The notes beneath the pieces were generated by a model. The model was not told the DNA's origin. It saw nothing but the letters and a program-made list of their open reading frames with translations, and did no database searches. Below, in pieces: positions 1 through 9,200 of a DNA stretch of 15,045 bases (position 1 is the first letter of the stretch; each line of letters starts with the position of its first letter). The stretch is from Promethearchaeota archaeon (GTDB lineage: Archaea > Asgardarchaeota > Lokiarchaeia > Sigyniarchaeales > SOKP01), in assembly GCA_019057865.1 (NCBI GenBank), contig JAHLWP010000062.1:1-15045 (forward strand), given 5' to 3'. A program made the position numbers and the translations under genes.

Positions 1-86
1 TCCGAAGCGATTAATGGAATGCTATTTTTAAACCAATCATGATGCTCCATCAAAATTTTTCGGATTTCATGTACTTTCTTACTCAA
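1..86 (-). CDS. glyA: Serine hydroxymethyltransferase, N-terminal 28 codons (gene runs off the left edge)
   Basis: Manual translation from the TTG at 86-84 gives MSKKVHEIRKILMEHHDWFKNSIPLIAS(E). The HHxW..SIxLIASE(N) stretch is the N-terminal signature of archaeal SHMT. An in-frame TGA lies 3 codons upstream. Not in the ORF track. Confidence 0.88.
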   Translation of the reverse strand, partial: MSKKVHEIRKILMEHHDWFKNSIPLIAS

Positions 87-101
87 ATTTATTCAAATCC
101 T

Positions 102-309
102 TTCCATTAATTTTAAGCGTTATTAAAATAATAAATCTACAATTTTATTAAACCGTATTTAGTTCTCTTAATTTTTAATTAAACTTTGAAAATTATATTT
201 GAAAATTCCATTAATTTTAGGCGTTATTAAAATAATAAATCTACAATTTTATTAAACCTTATTTAGTTCTCTTAATTTTTAATTAGACTTTGAAAATTAT
301 ATTTGAAAA
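102..309. repeat. 104-bp direct tandem duplication (102-205 and 206-309)
   Basis: The two copies align over 104 bp with 3 mismatches (116a/220g, 155g/259t, 182a/286g). Confidence 0.97.
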
Positions 310-786
310 TGATATTTGAAAATCATAATATCTTATTTCATTTAAGAATAATGTAGGATTAAATTTCTTTGGTAAATCTTGTTTATTAAAAGCAATGATA
401 ATAGGAATGTTTTTAAGGGTTTCGCGAAAATATGATAGTCGTTCTTTCCAAGATGCTAAATTTCGTTCATAAACTTCTTTTTGAGAATCTATAACAAATA
501 TTATTCCATCAACCGCACGTAAGGTAATTGATCTAGTAACAAAATATAAATCTTGGTCCGTGGTGGTATAAATATGAAGTTTTAATCTCCTTTCTTGATT
601 CTGAAATGTAACTATGACATAATCAAAAAATAAAGTCCTATTTACTGTACATTCAATACTGTGTAGCGGCTCCCCCTTACCAAAATGAGAGAATAAGGCT
701 TTAATTGAAGTAGTTTTTCCCGAGAAAGCGGGACCAAAATACACTATTTTTATGCTGATCGTTTTGCCACAGTGATCTATAATCAT
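283..786 (-). pseudogene. MglA-like small GTPase, degenerate and C-terminally truncated (probable pseudogene)
   Basis: KIVYFGPAFSGKTT (G1), RTLFFDY (MglA switch I), VDGIIFVIDSQ and NKQDLP (G4) are MglA-family signatures. G3 reads TTDQ instead of xxGQ, and no G5 or final helix is visible before the stop, which lies inside the tandem repeat. GAGGA precedes the ATG. Confidence 0.7.
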
Positions 787-1016
787 GATTCCTCGGAGTC
801 ATTATAACTTTAATTGGTGTTATTTTAATTCTATTTTAATTAAAAAGGTTATATAGAAAAAATCATATTAATCATATTTTAAACCAAATATTTATTAGTG
901 TTTTTTACAGTTTAGTTAATAATTAAAAGTAATATAAAAATTTAAGAAAAATTCAAATACGATAAGACTAAATTTAGTATCAAGAAAAATAATAAACGAT
1001 TTGTAAAATTTCCAAT

Positions 1017-2069
1017 TTGTTTAATAGAGTTCCTAAATATCAAAAGAAAGAAAAAGAAAAATCTAGAAGTGAAAGAAAATTAAGTGATGATCAACCAAAG
1101 AATCTAAAATTATTGGCATTACTTTTTACTTTTTTTCTAATATTTTTAACATTTGAGATTCCTTTTCTTATTAACAATTGTTTAATCCAAATATTTCCAG
1201 ATATTCATCCTGTATTCTCTCCCGATGAAATTGAGGTTTTTATTAATGGAGTTAGACCAATTGGTTATATATGCTTAATAATCATTGTTATATTTATCAT
1301 AATTGGCTTTTTAATAAAAAAAGAAAAGATTTCTGTCTCAAGCTCATTTTTACTATTTTTACCTACTTTTGGAAGTTTTGGTTGGTCGATGTTTTTTCTT
1401 GCAGGTATTGGGATTCTAGAAGTAGTATGGTTGCCATTAGATACACCTTACTTTAATTTTCTAACACTTGGGATAATTGTTTTTATTCCGGTTTATCTTT
1501 TAGTTTATCTTTTCTATTTGGGTCCTATTGGGTTTATTATTATTGTGATCCTTCCATGGATTTTTATGATCTTGGGATTATATATTTTCACATCAGGAGT
1601 CATTAGTTGGTTTTATGGGAAGTACCAGAAGAGAGATATAATAGAATTCTCAATATATAAATATTCAAGACATCCTCAATATTTAGGATTTCTCATTTGG
1701 AGTTATGGTTTATTTGTTCATTATATGAATCTTGAATTAATATATATGCCCGCGGGTAAAATAGGATTAGAGGCTAGTTTACCATGGGTAATTTTTGCTT
1801 TAATAATTGTTGGTATTGCTTTTCTTGAAGATATTAATTTATCAAAAAAGTATCCAGATAAATATGCAGAATATCGTAAAAGAACACCATTTCTAATAAA
1901 ACTCCCAAAAACATTAAACTTAATAGCTAGTTTTCCTTTACGATATATCCTAAAAAAGAATTTCCCAGAAACAAATAAAGATATCCTTAAAGTAGTTATT
2001 TTTTATGGAATGATTATAATAATTCTTTCATTGTTGATATTATTAATGTTTCCTACTTTTTATCAATAA
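1017..2069 (+). CDS. Polytopic membrane protein with a C-terminal PEMT/ICMT (STE14/DUF1295)-like methyltransferase domain
   Basis: Many hydrophobic segments; IYKYSRHPQYLG motif and the downstream ED..L..KY...YAEYRKRTPFL motif typical of the ICMT/PEMT clan. TTG start is uncertain. Confidence 0.8.
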   Translation: MFNRVPKYQKKEKEKSRSERKLSDDQPKNLKLLALLFTFFLIFLTFEIPFLINNCLIQIFPDIHPVFSPDEIEVFINGVRPIGYICLIIIVIFIIIGFLIKKEKISVSSSFLLFLPTFGSFGWSMFFLAGIGILEVVWLPLDTPYFNFLTLGIIVFIPVYLLVYLFYLGPIGFIIIVILPWIFMILGLYIFTSGVISWFYGKYQKRDIIEFSIYKYSRHPQYLGFLIWSYGLFVHYMNLELIYMPAGKIGLEASLPWVIFALIIVGIAFLEDINLSKKYPDKYAEYRKRTPFLIKLPKTLNLIASFPLRYILKKNFPETNKDILKVVIFYGMIIIILSLLILLMFPTFYQ

Positions 2070-2556
2070 AAATATAATCCAATCTTCTTCTTATTTTCAT
2101 AATTGTAGTTTTTGAGTTAAAAATCTCATTATATGGAAGGTAACTGTTATTAACTGGATGTCTTTTTTGGTAAATATTCAAAAGGTTAATTATATTGTCA
2201 AATATTTAATAATTTAGACTACCCTATAACAGTATTGAAGCCTATATTCTTCTGAAGATGTAGATAACATTACCTAATTAATTAGGATTGCTAAAATTTT
2301 TTTCTAATTCTTTTCCACTTATTAAAATTTTGAAATTTTTTTAACAACAACAATTATGTTATTAATAGCTCAATATTAGATATGGTCGTTAAATTTATAT
2401 ATATAAATTTTAATTTAACAAAGTTGTCAATTCAATTATTTTAAACCTTTTGGCAAATTTAAAAGTCTAATAAATTAAAATCTATCTGTATTTGCATTTA
2501 ATAAAAAAGACCGCTTAAAAAGAATATAAAAAACCCCTTTTATCATTAAATCTTAT

Positions 2557-3486
2557 TTATCCTTTGGATTTTTCTAAAATTAATCTAGCTTCAAATAAAT
2601 TTAATTTTTTTCCAGCTTTTTGTTTTTCTAGAGCTTTTTCTAATTTATCTTGTTTTAATTTTTTAAGTAATTCATTCTTTTTAGTACTTGGAGTATATTT
2701 TTTAACAGATTTTTTGCTTGCGTAATAAGGTCGTTTGCCTTTAGAAATTTTTCTTCTTTGATTCATTAATTTCAAAAATTGTTCATGATAATGATCAGCT
2801 GCTTTTTTATTTTCTATTAGCTCTTCCTCCATTCTTTTCTTTTTTTCTTTTAAGGCATATACTCTTTGGAAGAGATCTTGCATTTTAGCGTGATTTTCTT
2901 GTGATTTGTTTGACCATTTATTTAATTGTTCATAGATTTTGCTTAAATTTATTTTTACTATCTCAATTTTGCGTTCAAGTTTAAAGAGATCACTGTTTAT
3001 CTGTTCAGCAAGATATTCTTGTTTCATTTCAGCTAATTTTCTGATATTATCAATAATAGCATTTTCTTCAGCAATATTGAGATTTTCTGTTTCAATTTTT
3101 CTTTCTAAATTATCAATTTTACGGTCAATCTGTTTAATAGAAACAAAATTTTTTGAAGCCTTACCATCATCAGTAGATTTTTGAATTTTATTCTTTTCCC
3201 CTATAAAATTGTCTAATAAGTTCTTATACTCTATTTTTTTCTCTTTTAATTTCTTTACTTTATCATTCCAATAATCTCGTTTTTTTCTATATTTCTCCTT
3301 CGCAATTTTTAAAGTATTATTGATTTCAATCTCAATATCTTGTAATGCATTGATAAAATCCTTTGTTTTTTTATTTAAATCATCTCTTTTTTGTCTAAAA
3401 TCTTCAATTTGATGTTGGAGGTCCCTAAAGGATAATCTAGAACTTTGAGAATTATTGGTTTTATCCTTACTCATAAAAGAATTCAT
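2557..3486 (-). CDS. Archaeal coiled-coil protein (COG1340-like)
   Basis: K/E/Q-rich heptad sequence throughout, with IETENLNIAEENAII, ADHYHEQF and a C-terminal ALEKQKAGKKLNLFE resembling the conserved segments of this family. Confidence 0.7.
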   Translation of the reverse strand: MNSFMSKDKTNNSQSSRLSFRDLQHQIEDFRQKRDDLNKKTKDFINALQDIEIEINNTLKIAKEKYRKKRDYWNDKVKKLKEKKIEYKNLLDNFIGEKNKIQKSTDDGKASKNFVSIKQIDRKIDNLERKIETENLNIAEENAIIDNIRKLAEMKQEYLAEQINSDLFKLERKIEIVKINLSKIYEQLNKWSNKSQENHAKMQDLFQRVYALKEKKKRMEEELIENKKAADHYHEQFLKLMNQRRKISKGKRPYYASKKSVKKYTPSTKKNELLKKLKQDKLEKALEKQKAGKKLNLFEARLILEKSKG

Positions 3487-3654
3487 TAAAGAATATTTAT
3501 AAAAAAGAATTTTATAAATGTAGTTAAGTATGACAATATAATATTTTTTATATATTTTTTGTATATAAACTAATGATAAAAGAAAGCGTATGATAAAAAA
3601 TTAAAGATTTGTAAATATATTAGAAATAAATGAAAAATTTGTTTAAAAAATATT

Positions 3655-4521
3655 ATGGACGCAAATATAATAAAAGAAAATGATTTAATCTTTTTAATCC
3701 TTGATGATAGAAGAAGATGGCTAGTTCAAGTAAAGCCAGGAGGTAGTTTTCACACACATAGAGGTATTATTGAATTTGATGATATTATTGGAAAACCTTT
3801 TGGGTCTGTAATTTTCTCTAAACCGTATGAAAGTCAAGGATATAGATTTTATGCTTTAAAACCCTTACCTTCTGATTATGTTCTTCATATGACTAGAAAA
3901 ACACAAATTATTTATCCAGAAGATGCTGGTTTAATCGTAATTTATTCTGGGATTGGACCTGGAAGTATTGTTATTGAAGCTGGTTGTGGCTCTGGAGCTT
4001 TAACCAGCATTTTAGGAAATTATGTAAAACCAAGTGGGCATGTGTATTCATATGATATTCGTGAAAAATCTCTTAAAAGAGCTAAAAAGAATATTATTAA
4101 AGCTAACTTACAAGATGTTATTACTATACAATATGGAGATATAATTGAAGATATTTATGAATATAGAGATATTGATGCTATTATTTTAGATATAGCGACC
4201 CCTTGGAAAGCCGTGGAGAAAGTTAAAACATATTTAAAATTAAGTGGGATATTGGTTTCTTTTTCCCCTACAATTGAGCAGGTAAAAAAAACTACTTTCG
4301 CATTGAGAAATAATGATTTTGTTGAGATAAATACATATGAATTACTGAAAAGAAGAATACAAGTTAAAGAAAATGCAACTCGTCCAGAAGTTAGAATGAT
4401 TGGTCATACAGGATACTTAACTTTTGGAAGAAAAATTAAAAATATAAAAAATCCATATCGAGAAAAAAAGCCAAAAATGAAAGAGTATGTTAATTTGAAT
4501 GGAATGCCATTAAGAAGTTGA
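3655..4521 (+). CDS. trmI: tRNA (adenine-57/58-N1)-methyltransferase, TrmI/GCD14 family
   Basis: FHTHRGII, RKTQIIYPED, SAM-binding EAGCGSGALT, LDIATPW, FSPTIEQV and RP..RMIGHTGYL motifs. Confidence 0.96.
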   Translation: MDANIIKENDLIFLILDDRRRWLVQVKPGGSFHTHRGIIEFDDIIGKPFGSVIFSKPYESQGYRFYALKPLPSDYVLHMTRKTQIIYPEDAGLIVIYSGIGPGSIVIEAGCGSGALTSILGNYVKPSGHVYSYDIREKSLKRAKKNIIKANLQDVITIQYGDIIEDIYEYRDIDAIILDIATPWKAVEKVKTYLKLSGILVSFSPTIEQVKKTTFALRNNDFVEINTYELLKRRIQVKENATRPEVRMIGHTGYLTFGRKIKNIKNPYREKKPKMKEYVNLNGMPLRS

Positions 4522-4528
4522 GAATTTT

Positions 4529-4864
4529 ATGGAAATTGAGTATGAAGATTTTATTAAATTAGATATAAGAGTTGGACTAATAAAGAGTTGTGAAAAAATC
4601 CCTAAATCACAGAATCTCTATAAATTGATGGTGGATTGCGGTGAAAAAAGTCTTAGGCAAATTTTAACTGGAATTTCATTGTATTATTCACCTAAAGAAC
4701 TAGTTAATGAAAAGATTGTTGTATTAACTAATTTAAAACCTAGAAAAATTATGGGTGTTGAAAGTCAAGGAATGTTACTCGCAGCTGATTTTAACAATGA
4801 ACCATATTTATTGAAAATTGATGAGAAAAAGAGAACTGTCCCTCCTGGATCTAAAATTAAATAG
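4529..4864 (+). CDS. Stand-alone tRNA-binding OB-fold protein (Trbp111/CsaA/MetRS C-terminal-like)
   Basis: YEDFIKLDIRVG, RQILTGI, NLKPRKIMGVESQGMLLAA and PGSKIK motifs; 7 nt downstream of trmI, so probably co-transcribed. Confidence 0.93.
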   Translation: MEIEYEDFIKLDIRVGLIKSCEKIPKSQNLYKLMVDCGEKSLRQILTGISLYYSPKELVNEKIVVLTNLKPRKIMGVESQGMLLAADFNNEPYLLKIDEKKRTVPPGSKIK

Positions 4865-5287
4865 TTAAAAACCTTTGAGTTGGGTCCCGACTTTAAATTC
4901 TTTCTTTTTCTTAAACCTTTCAGTTTTGAAATAGTGCCTCTTTTTTTCCGGTAAGATCTCAACATATTTTCTCAATATATCTTCAACATATTCCTTAGTT
5001 TGCTTATTACTTGTAATTTTATTAGGATTGGATAAAAATTCTAATATATCTTTATTTTTAGAATTCTCTGGTATGCCTAAGTTTTTAATAGGAATATGAA
5101 CAGAATGTAAAAACCAACCAGATGATTGATCATCATGAGCAGACACTTTCAATATATTAGCAACTTCCTTACGAATTTTTATATCAATCAATTTTTTTCC
5201 AGTACGAACTATTATAGAAGCATATTCTGGAATCTTGTTTTTAGAATCATGAATTTTTTTCAAGAAATCCTTTAATTTCTCGCTCAT
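4865..5287 (-). CDS. Hypothetical basic protein, 140 aa
   Basis: ATG-initiated ORF that fills the gap. Its stop directly abuts the stop of the convergent upstream gene. No recognised motif. Confidence 0.7.
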   Translation of the reverse strand: MSEKLKDFLKKIHDSKNKIPEYASIIVRTGKKLIDIKIRKEVANILKVSAHDDQSSGWFLHSVHIPIKNLGIPENSKNKDILEFLSNPNKITSNKQTKEYVEDILRKYVEILPEKKRHYFKTERFKKKKEFKVGTQLKGF

Positions 5288-5408
5288 TATTTAATCATGA
5301 AATTTGATTGTAGTATATCTTATTAAAATGGATAAATTAGAATTAATAAAAAAACTTTTTAAAAAAATTTTTTAATAAAAAATTTCTTTTACATCTAGTG
5401 GTGTTACA

Positions 5409-6467
5409 TTGAATTCATGTGAACTTCTTGAACCTATTGAATATTACCTTAAAAAGAAAATTTGTCTTCTAGGGGGAACTGAGTTATATAAAAATGAATT
5501 TCAGAAAAAAATAAGTTCAAATTGTCTTCCTTTAGAAAATAAGGAGAACATAGGTGTAAATATAAGCAGAATTGAATATTTCTATCAGTTAACTAAAAAA
5601 CATCAAAAATTTGAGTTTCTATTATGGAATATAGATTGCAGGCAACGGAGGTCTTTCTTACGGACTATTTTTTACAATGGAGCTGAGGTAATGCTAGTTT
5701 TTATATCAGATACAAAAATAGAACAAATTTATCATTACTTTAGTGAAATTAGACTTAGAATGCCAGCAATAACGATAATTTTTTGCGTAATTCTTGAAAA
5801 ATTTTCAAAAGAAGAGATTATCAATGCTCAATTTGAAAATGAAGATTTTAGATTTTTGGTAAAAAATAATAATATTCAAATTAATGAAATTTCAGAACCT
5901 TTTGAAATTTTAGACCAAATCTGCTCAATCTGCTTAAATAAGATAAAAAATAAAGAAATTGAAAATTGCTATATTATTAATTTAATTCCTTTACAATCGC
6001 TACTTAATCATTCTGGAGTTAAAGATAATTGTAATGATTATTATGAGCCGCAACCTCATGATGAAAAAATAAAAAAAAAAATTAATACAAATGCTCTAAC
6101 CAATTTTCTATCCAAAATTGGTATTAAAGTTGAAGATAAATCTCAGAATTGGATTCGAATAAAGAATAAAAACTTTGGCACGTTCTCTATTTATCTTAAA
6201 AATGGCAATGTGTATTATTTTCCTATTGTCTGCGAAAAATGTAAAGATAAAAAATGTTTAACATATAACAAAGCACCGTTTTTTATTTGTATTGAAGCAG
6301 AATCAGGATCACATGGTTGGAGTAATATTAAGGGATTTAACCAAGATGAACTTCTTATTTTATCAAAAATTTTTGCAATATTGGAAGGTAATGAAAAAAC
6401 ATTACCTAAATCGGTATTAAAACAAATTAAAAGAGTAAATATATGTAATAAATTAAAATTGAAGTGA
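5409..6467 (+). CDS. Hypothetical protein: degenerate Rab/Ras-like G-domain plus a Cys-rich C-terminal domain
   Basis: KKKICLLGG, NIGVN, FEFLLWNI and LRTIFYNGAEVMLVF follow Rab-fold order and spacing, but the catalytic residues are lost. CEKCKDKKC...C lies in the C-terminal half. GGTG SD-like motif just before the TTG start. Confidence 0.7.
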   Translation: MNSCELLEPIEYYLKKKICLLGGTELYKNEFQKKISSNCLPLENKENIGVNISRIEYFYQLTKKHQKFEFLLWNIDCRQRRSFLRTIFYNGAEVMLVFISDTKIEQIYHYFSEIRLRMPAITIIFCVILEKFSKEEIINAQFENEDFRFLVKNNNIQINEISEPFEILDQICSICLNKIKNKEIENCYIINLIPLQSLLNHSGVKDNCNDYYEPQPHDEKIKKKINTNALTNFLSKIGIKVEDKSQNWIRIKNKNFGTFSIYLKNGNVYYFPIVCEKCKDKKCLTYNKAPFFICIEAESGSHGWSNIKGFNQDELLILSKIFAILEGNEKTLPKSVLKQIKRVNICNKLKLK

Positions 6468-6468
6468 A

Positions 6469-6891
6469 ATGACTGTAATTTTCGAATCTTTTAAGTTAAG
6501 TTCTAAAGCATATTGTGACATTATCAATATAACTTCTCACGTTCGGAACTCAATAAATAAAAGTGGAATTAAAAATGGGTTGGTTAATGTGCATATTGGA
6601 GGTTCCACTGGAGCTATTTCTACTGTTGAATATGAACCAGGATTAGCCCAACATGACATAAAGGAATTTCTAGAAAAAATTATTCCCTATGATAAAAACT
6701 ATAAACATCATCGAACTTGGGGTGATAATAACGGGGCAGGACATCTTAGAAGTTTTCTTCTCAAGACTTCCCAAACTTTTCCTTTTAAAAACCAACAATT
6801 AATCCTAGGAACATGGCAACAAATCATTTTTATTGAATGCGATGAAAAACCGCGCTCTAGAACGATTTATTGTACTATTGTGGGGGAATAA
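6469..6891 (+). CDS. yjbQ: YjbQ/UPF0047 family protein (secondary thiamine-phosphate synthase-like)
   Basis: DIINIT, GSTGAISTVEYEPGL, YKHH..WGDNNGAGHLRS, LGTWQQIIFIECD..PRSR motifs. Confidence 0.93.
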   Translation: MTVIFESFKLSSKAYCDIINITSHVRNSINKSGIKNGLVNVHIGGSTGAISTVEYEPGLAQHDIKEFLEKIIPYDKNYKHHRTWGDNNGAGHLRSFLLKTSQTFPFKNQQLILGTWQQIIFIECDEKPRSRTIYCTIVGE

Positions 6892-6922
6892 ATTATCTTT
6901 AATATTAGAAAAAAATAATTAT

Positions 6923-7126
6923 TTATTGAGATTTTTTCATTAGGCTATCCAATTCTTCTATTATTATTTGATATTTATCTCGTACCTGAATATTTACTAA
7001 TTGTTCTTCACTTTTTTCTAATTCTGACGTAAAGGCAGGGAATTTTCTATATGGGTGAATGGTTTTTTTCTTTATACTTATTCGATAATGTAAATTTTCC
7101 ATAAATTTGTTTTCCAAATCAATCAA
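6923..7126 (-). CDS. Small hypothetical protein, 67 aa
   Basis: Non-overlapping ORF with an AGGTG SD-like motif 6 nt upstream of the TTG start and an amphipathic-looking C-terminal helix. Confidence 0.55.
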   Translation of the reverse strand: MIDLENKFMENLHYRISIKKKTIHPYRKFPAFTSELEKSEEQLVNIQVRDKYQIIIEELDSLMKKSQ

Positions 7127-7451
7127 TTAATACACCTTTTTAAAATTACATTTTATTAATAGTTGATGAAAAACACTCTATCACTGTTAAAAAATACGTA
7201 TATCATACTTATGTTATTAAAACAGCATTAAAACTAGGAGTTTTAACACGCCTCTAACGTATAAAAAAGTTATAGAATATATAGATAATATCCAGATAAA
7301 TTTTTTACAATATCCAAATAGATATAATTAAAATAAGAAAGTCAAAAATAATTAATTATGTTCAGTATATTGAAATAAAACTAAAAATAATAGTAATTTA
7401 AATAAATCCTTTTTTTTATTAAAATTAATAAATATCTATTAAGAATATTAG

Positions 7452-8387
7452 TTGAAAACAATGGAACGATTCATAAAAGTAATAATATCTGGCTTGGACA
7501 ATGCCGGAAAAACATCAATTTTAACTGCTTTAGATAAAAAATATGATTTTCAAAAAGATATCATGGAACTAAAGCCAACCATTAGGGTTGAATATCATAA
7601 GATGAATTTTCTTACAACATTAGTAAATTTTTGGGATATGGGCGGACAAGAAATCTATAGAGAAATCTATCAAAAGAATCAGGAAGTATATTTTGATGGA
7701 ACCGACTTGCTTATTTATGTAATTGATATTCAAGATCCAAACAGATTTGAGAACTCTCTTGAATATTTGAACTCTATTTTACAATTTTTTAAAGATAGTG
7801 ATATGAAAGTACCAATTATTGTTACTTTTCATAAATATGACCCTGATTTAAGGAATGATGAAACAATATTAACTAATATCGAAAAATTAAGAGAAATGAT
7901 TTTTAACAAATATTCAACATTTAAGGTATTATTTCAACGAAGTTCTATTTATGATATTCTTTCTGTTATACAATTGGTTTCATATGGGCTTTCTGTTTTT
8001 GATGAGAAATTTTTTGAACTTTCTGAGTTGTTGGAGAATTATTTGGAACAGTTTAATAGTCAAGCTCTTATTGTGTTTGATAGAAATGGAATAATTATTT
8101 CAGAATATTATAGCGAGGAAATAGAGTCAGATACTTATATTGAACTTTTAGAATCAATAAAGGAGCATCTTTTTTTGCTCAAAAGAATGCAAGAGGAATC
8201 ATATGATGAAAATCATAATTTTTTCACAATTGAAGATAAACTTCTAACATATCTTCACAGAATGAAGATTAAATCAGAGATATTTTTTGCATCAGTTGTA
8301 ATTAAAGAAAATCAAAAGGAGGATTTTTTAGATAAGTTTCCTGATTTTCTTGAAGATTTAACGAAAATTTTAAATGAATTAATCTAA
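7452..8387 (+). CDS. Rag/Arf-like small GTPase with a C-terminal roadblock/longin-like domain
   Basis: G1 GLDNAGKTS, G2 PTI, G3 WDMGGQ, G4 HKYD and G5 SSIYD (the last two are Rag/Gtr-like). The C-terminal ~130 aa contains ALIVFDRNGIIISEY. Alternative ATG at 7461. Confidence 0.9.
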   Translation: MKTMERFIKVIISGLDNAGKTSILTALDKKYDFQKDIMELKPTIRVEYHKMNFLTTLVNFWDMGGQEIYREIYQKNQEVYFDGTDLLIYVIDIQDPNRFENSLEYLNSILQFFKDSDMKVPIIVTFHKYDPDLRNDETILTNIEKLREMIFNKYSTFKVLFQRSSIYDILSVIQLVSYGLSVFDEKFFELSELLENYLEQFNSQALIVFDRNGIIISEYYSEEIESDTYIELLESIKEHLFLLKRMQEESYDENHNFFTIEDKLLTYLHRMKIKSEIFFASVVIKENQKEDFLDKFPDFLEDLTKILNELI

Positions 8388-8449
8388 TTCGATATATTTA
8401 AAAAAATTTAAAATTCTTATAAAAATTTTAAAAAATTATTGAGTTATCT

Positions 8450-9178
8450 ATGGTAAAAGTTCTAGCAATCAACAGTAGTCCTCGTATGAGTAAAGGAACT
8501 ACAGCTTTGATATTGAATCTCTTTTTGGAAGGCATGAAAGAAAAAGACGCCGAAATCGAGAAATTGTATACTCAAAAACTTAATATAAAACCATGTACAG
8601 CATGCTTTAATTGTTGGTTTCCAACAGAAGGAGAATGTTCAATAAGAGATGATATGGATGATATCCTTCCGAAGATAGCTGAAGCGGATATTTTAGTAGT
8701 TGCTTCACCTCTTTATATAGATGGAATCACAGGGCCCATGAAAAATTTGATTGATCGAATGCTACCGTTGTTAGAACCATTTGTAGAGCTTAGAAATGGT
8801 CATTGTCGTCATCCCCTCCGCGTGTATTCAAAACCAGGTAAGGTTGTATACGTTGCTACATGTGCATGGTGGAAATTAGACAATTTTGATCCCATGATTC
8901 TATATATGAAAGCTATGTGTGCTAATATGGGTAGAGAATTTGCTGGAGCCTTATTACGACCTCATGCAAGTGCTATGATGTATTTAAAAGCAACAGGTAA
9001 ATCTGTTGATGACATCATTAATGCTGCAAAAGAATCAGGTCGTGAACTTATTGAAAATGGTAAAATCTCTAGTGAAAATCTTAAAACGATCAGTCGTGAG
9101 TTGGTTCCATTAGATGAGTATATTCAATTATTTAATCAAGGGATGGAAGAGTCTATCAAATCTGCAAGGAAGAGATAG
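8450..9178 (+). CDS. Iron-sulfur flavoprotein / multimeric flavodoxin (NADPH-dependent FMN reductase family)
   Basis: INSSPR..GTT FMN loop, CTACFNCW......C Fe-S motif and ASPLY..GITGPMKNLIDR. Confidence 0.9.
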   Translation: MVKVLAINSSPRMSKGTTALILNLFLEGMKEKDAEIEKLYTQKLNIKPCTACFNCWFPTEGECSIRDDMDDILPKIAEADILVVASPLYIDGITGPMKNLIDRMLPLLEPFVELRNGHCRHPLRVYSKPGKVVYVATCAWWKLDNFDPMILYMKAMCANMGREFAGALLRPHASAMMYLKATGKSVDDIINAAKESGRELIENGKISSENLKTISRELVPLDEYIQLFNQGMEESIKSARKR

Positions 9179-9200
9179 TAATAGAATATATTAAAAAGGA

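Noticed and set aside
1271-1456. 61-aa alternative-frame ORF
   Set aside because: Nested within the membrane methyltransferase gene and has no motif.
283-2069. ICMT-like enzyme next to a small GTPase as a CAAX-processing system
   Set aside because: None of the GTPase-like proteins ends in CAAX/CC/CxC (their ends are IFKV, CNKLKLK and NELI), and this methyltransferase clan is widespread in prokaryotes.
2939-3184. 81-aa plus-strand ORF
   Set aside because: Antisense shadow of the K/E-rich coiled-coil gene.
4765-4965. 66-aa minus-strand ORF
   Set aside because: Overlaps two better-supported genes.
7127-7451. ncRNA or tRNA in the 325-bp intergenic region
   Set aside because: No GC-rich stems or cloverleaf; consistent with an AT-rich divergent promoter region.
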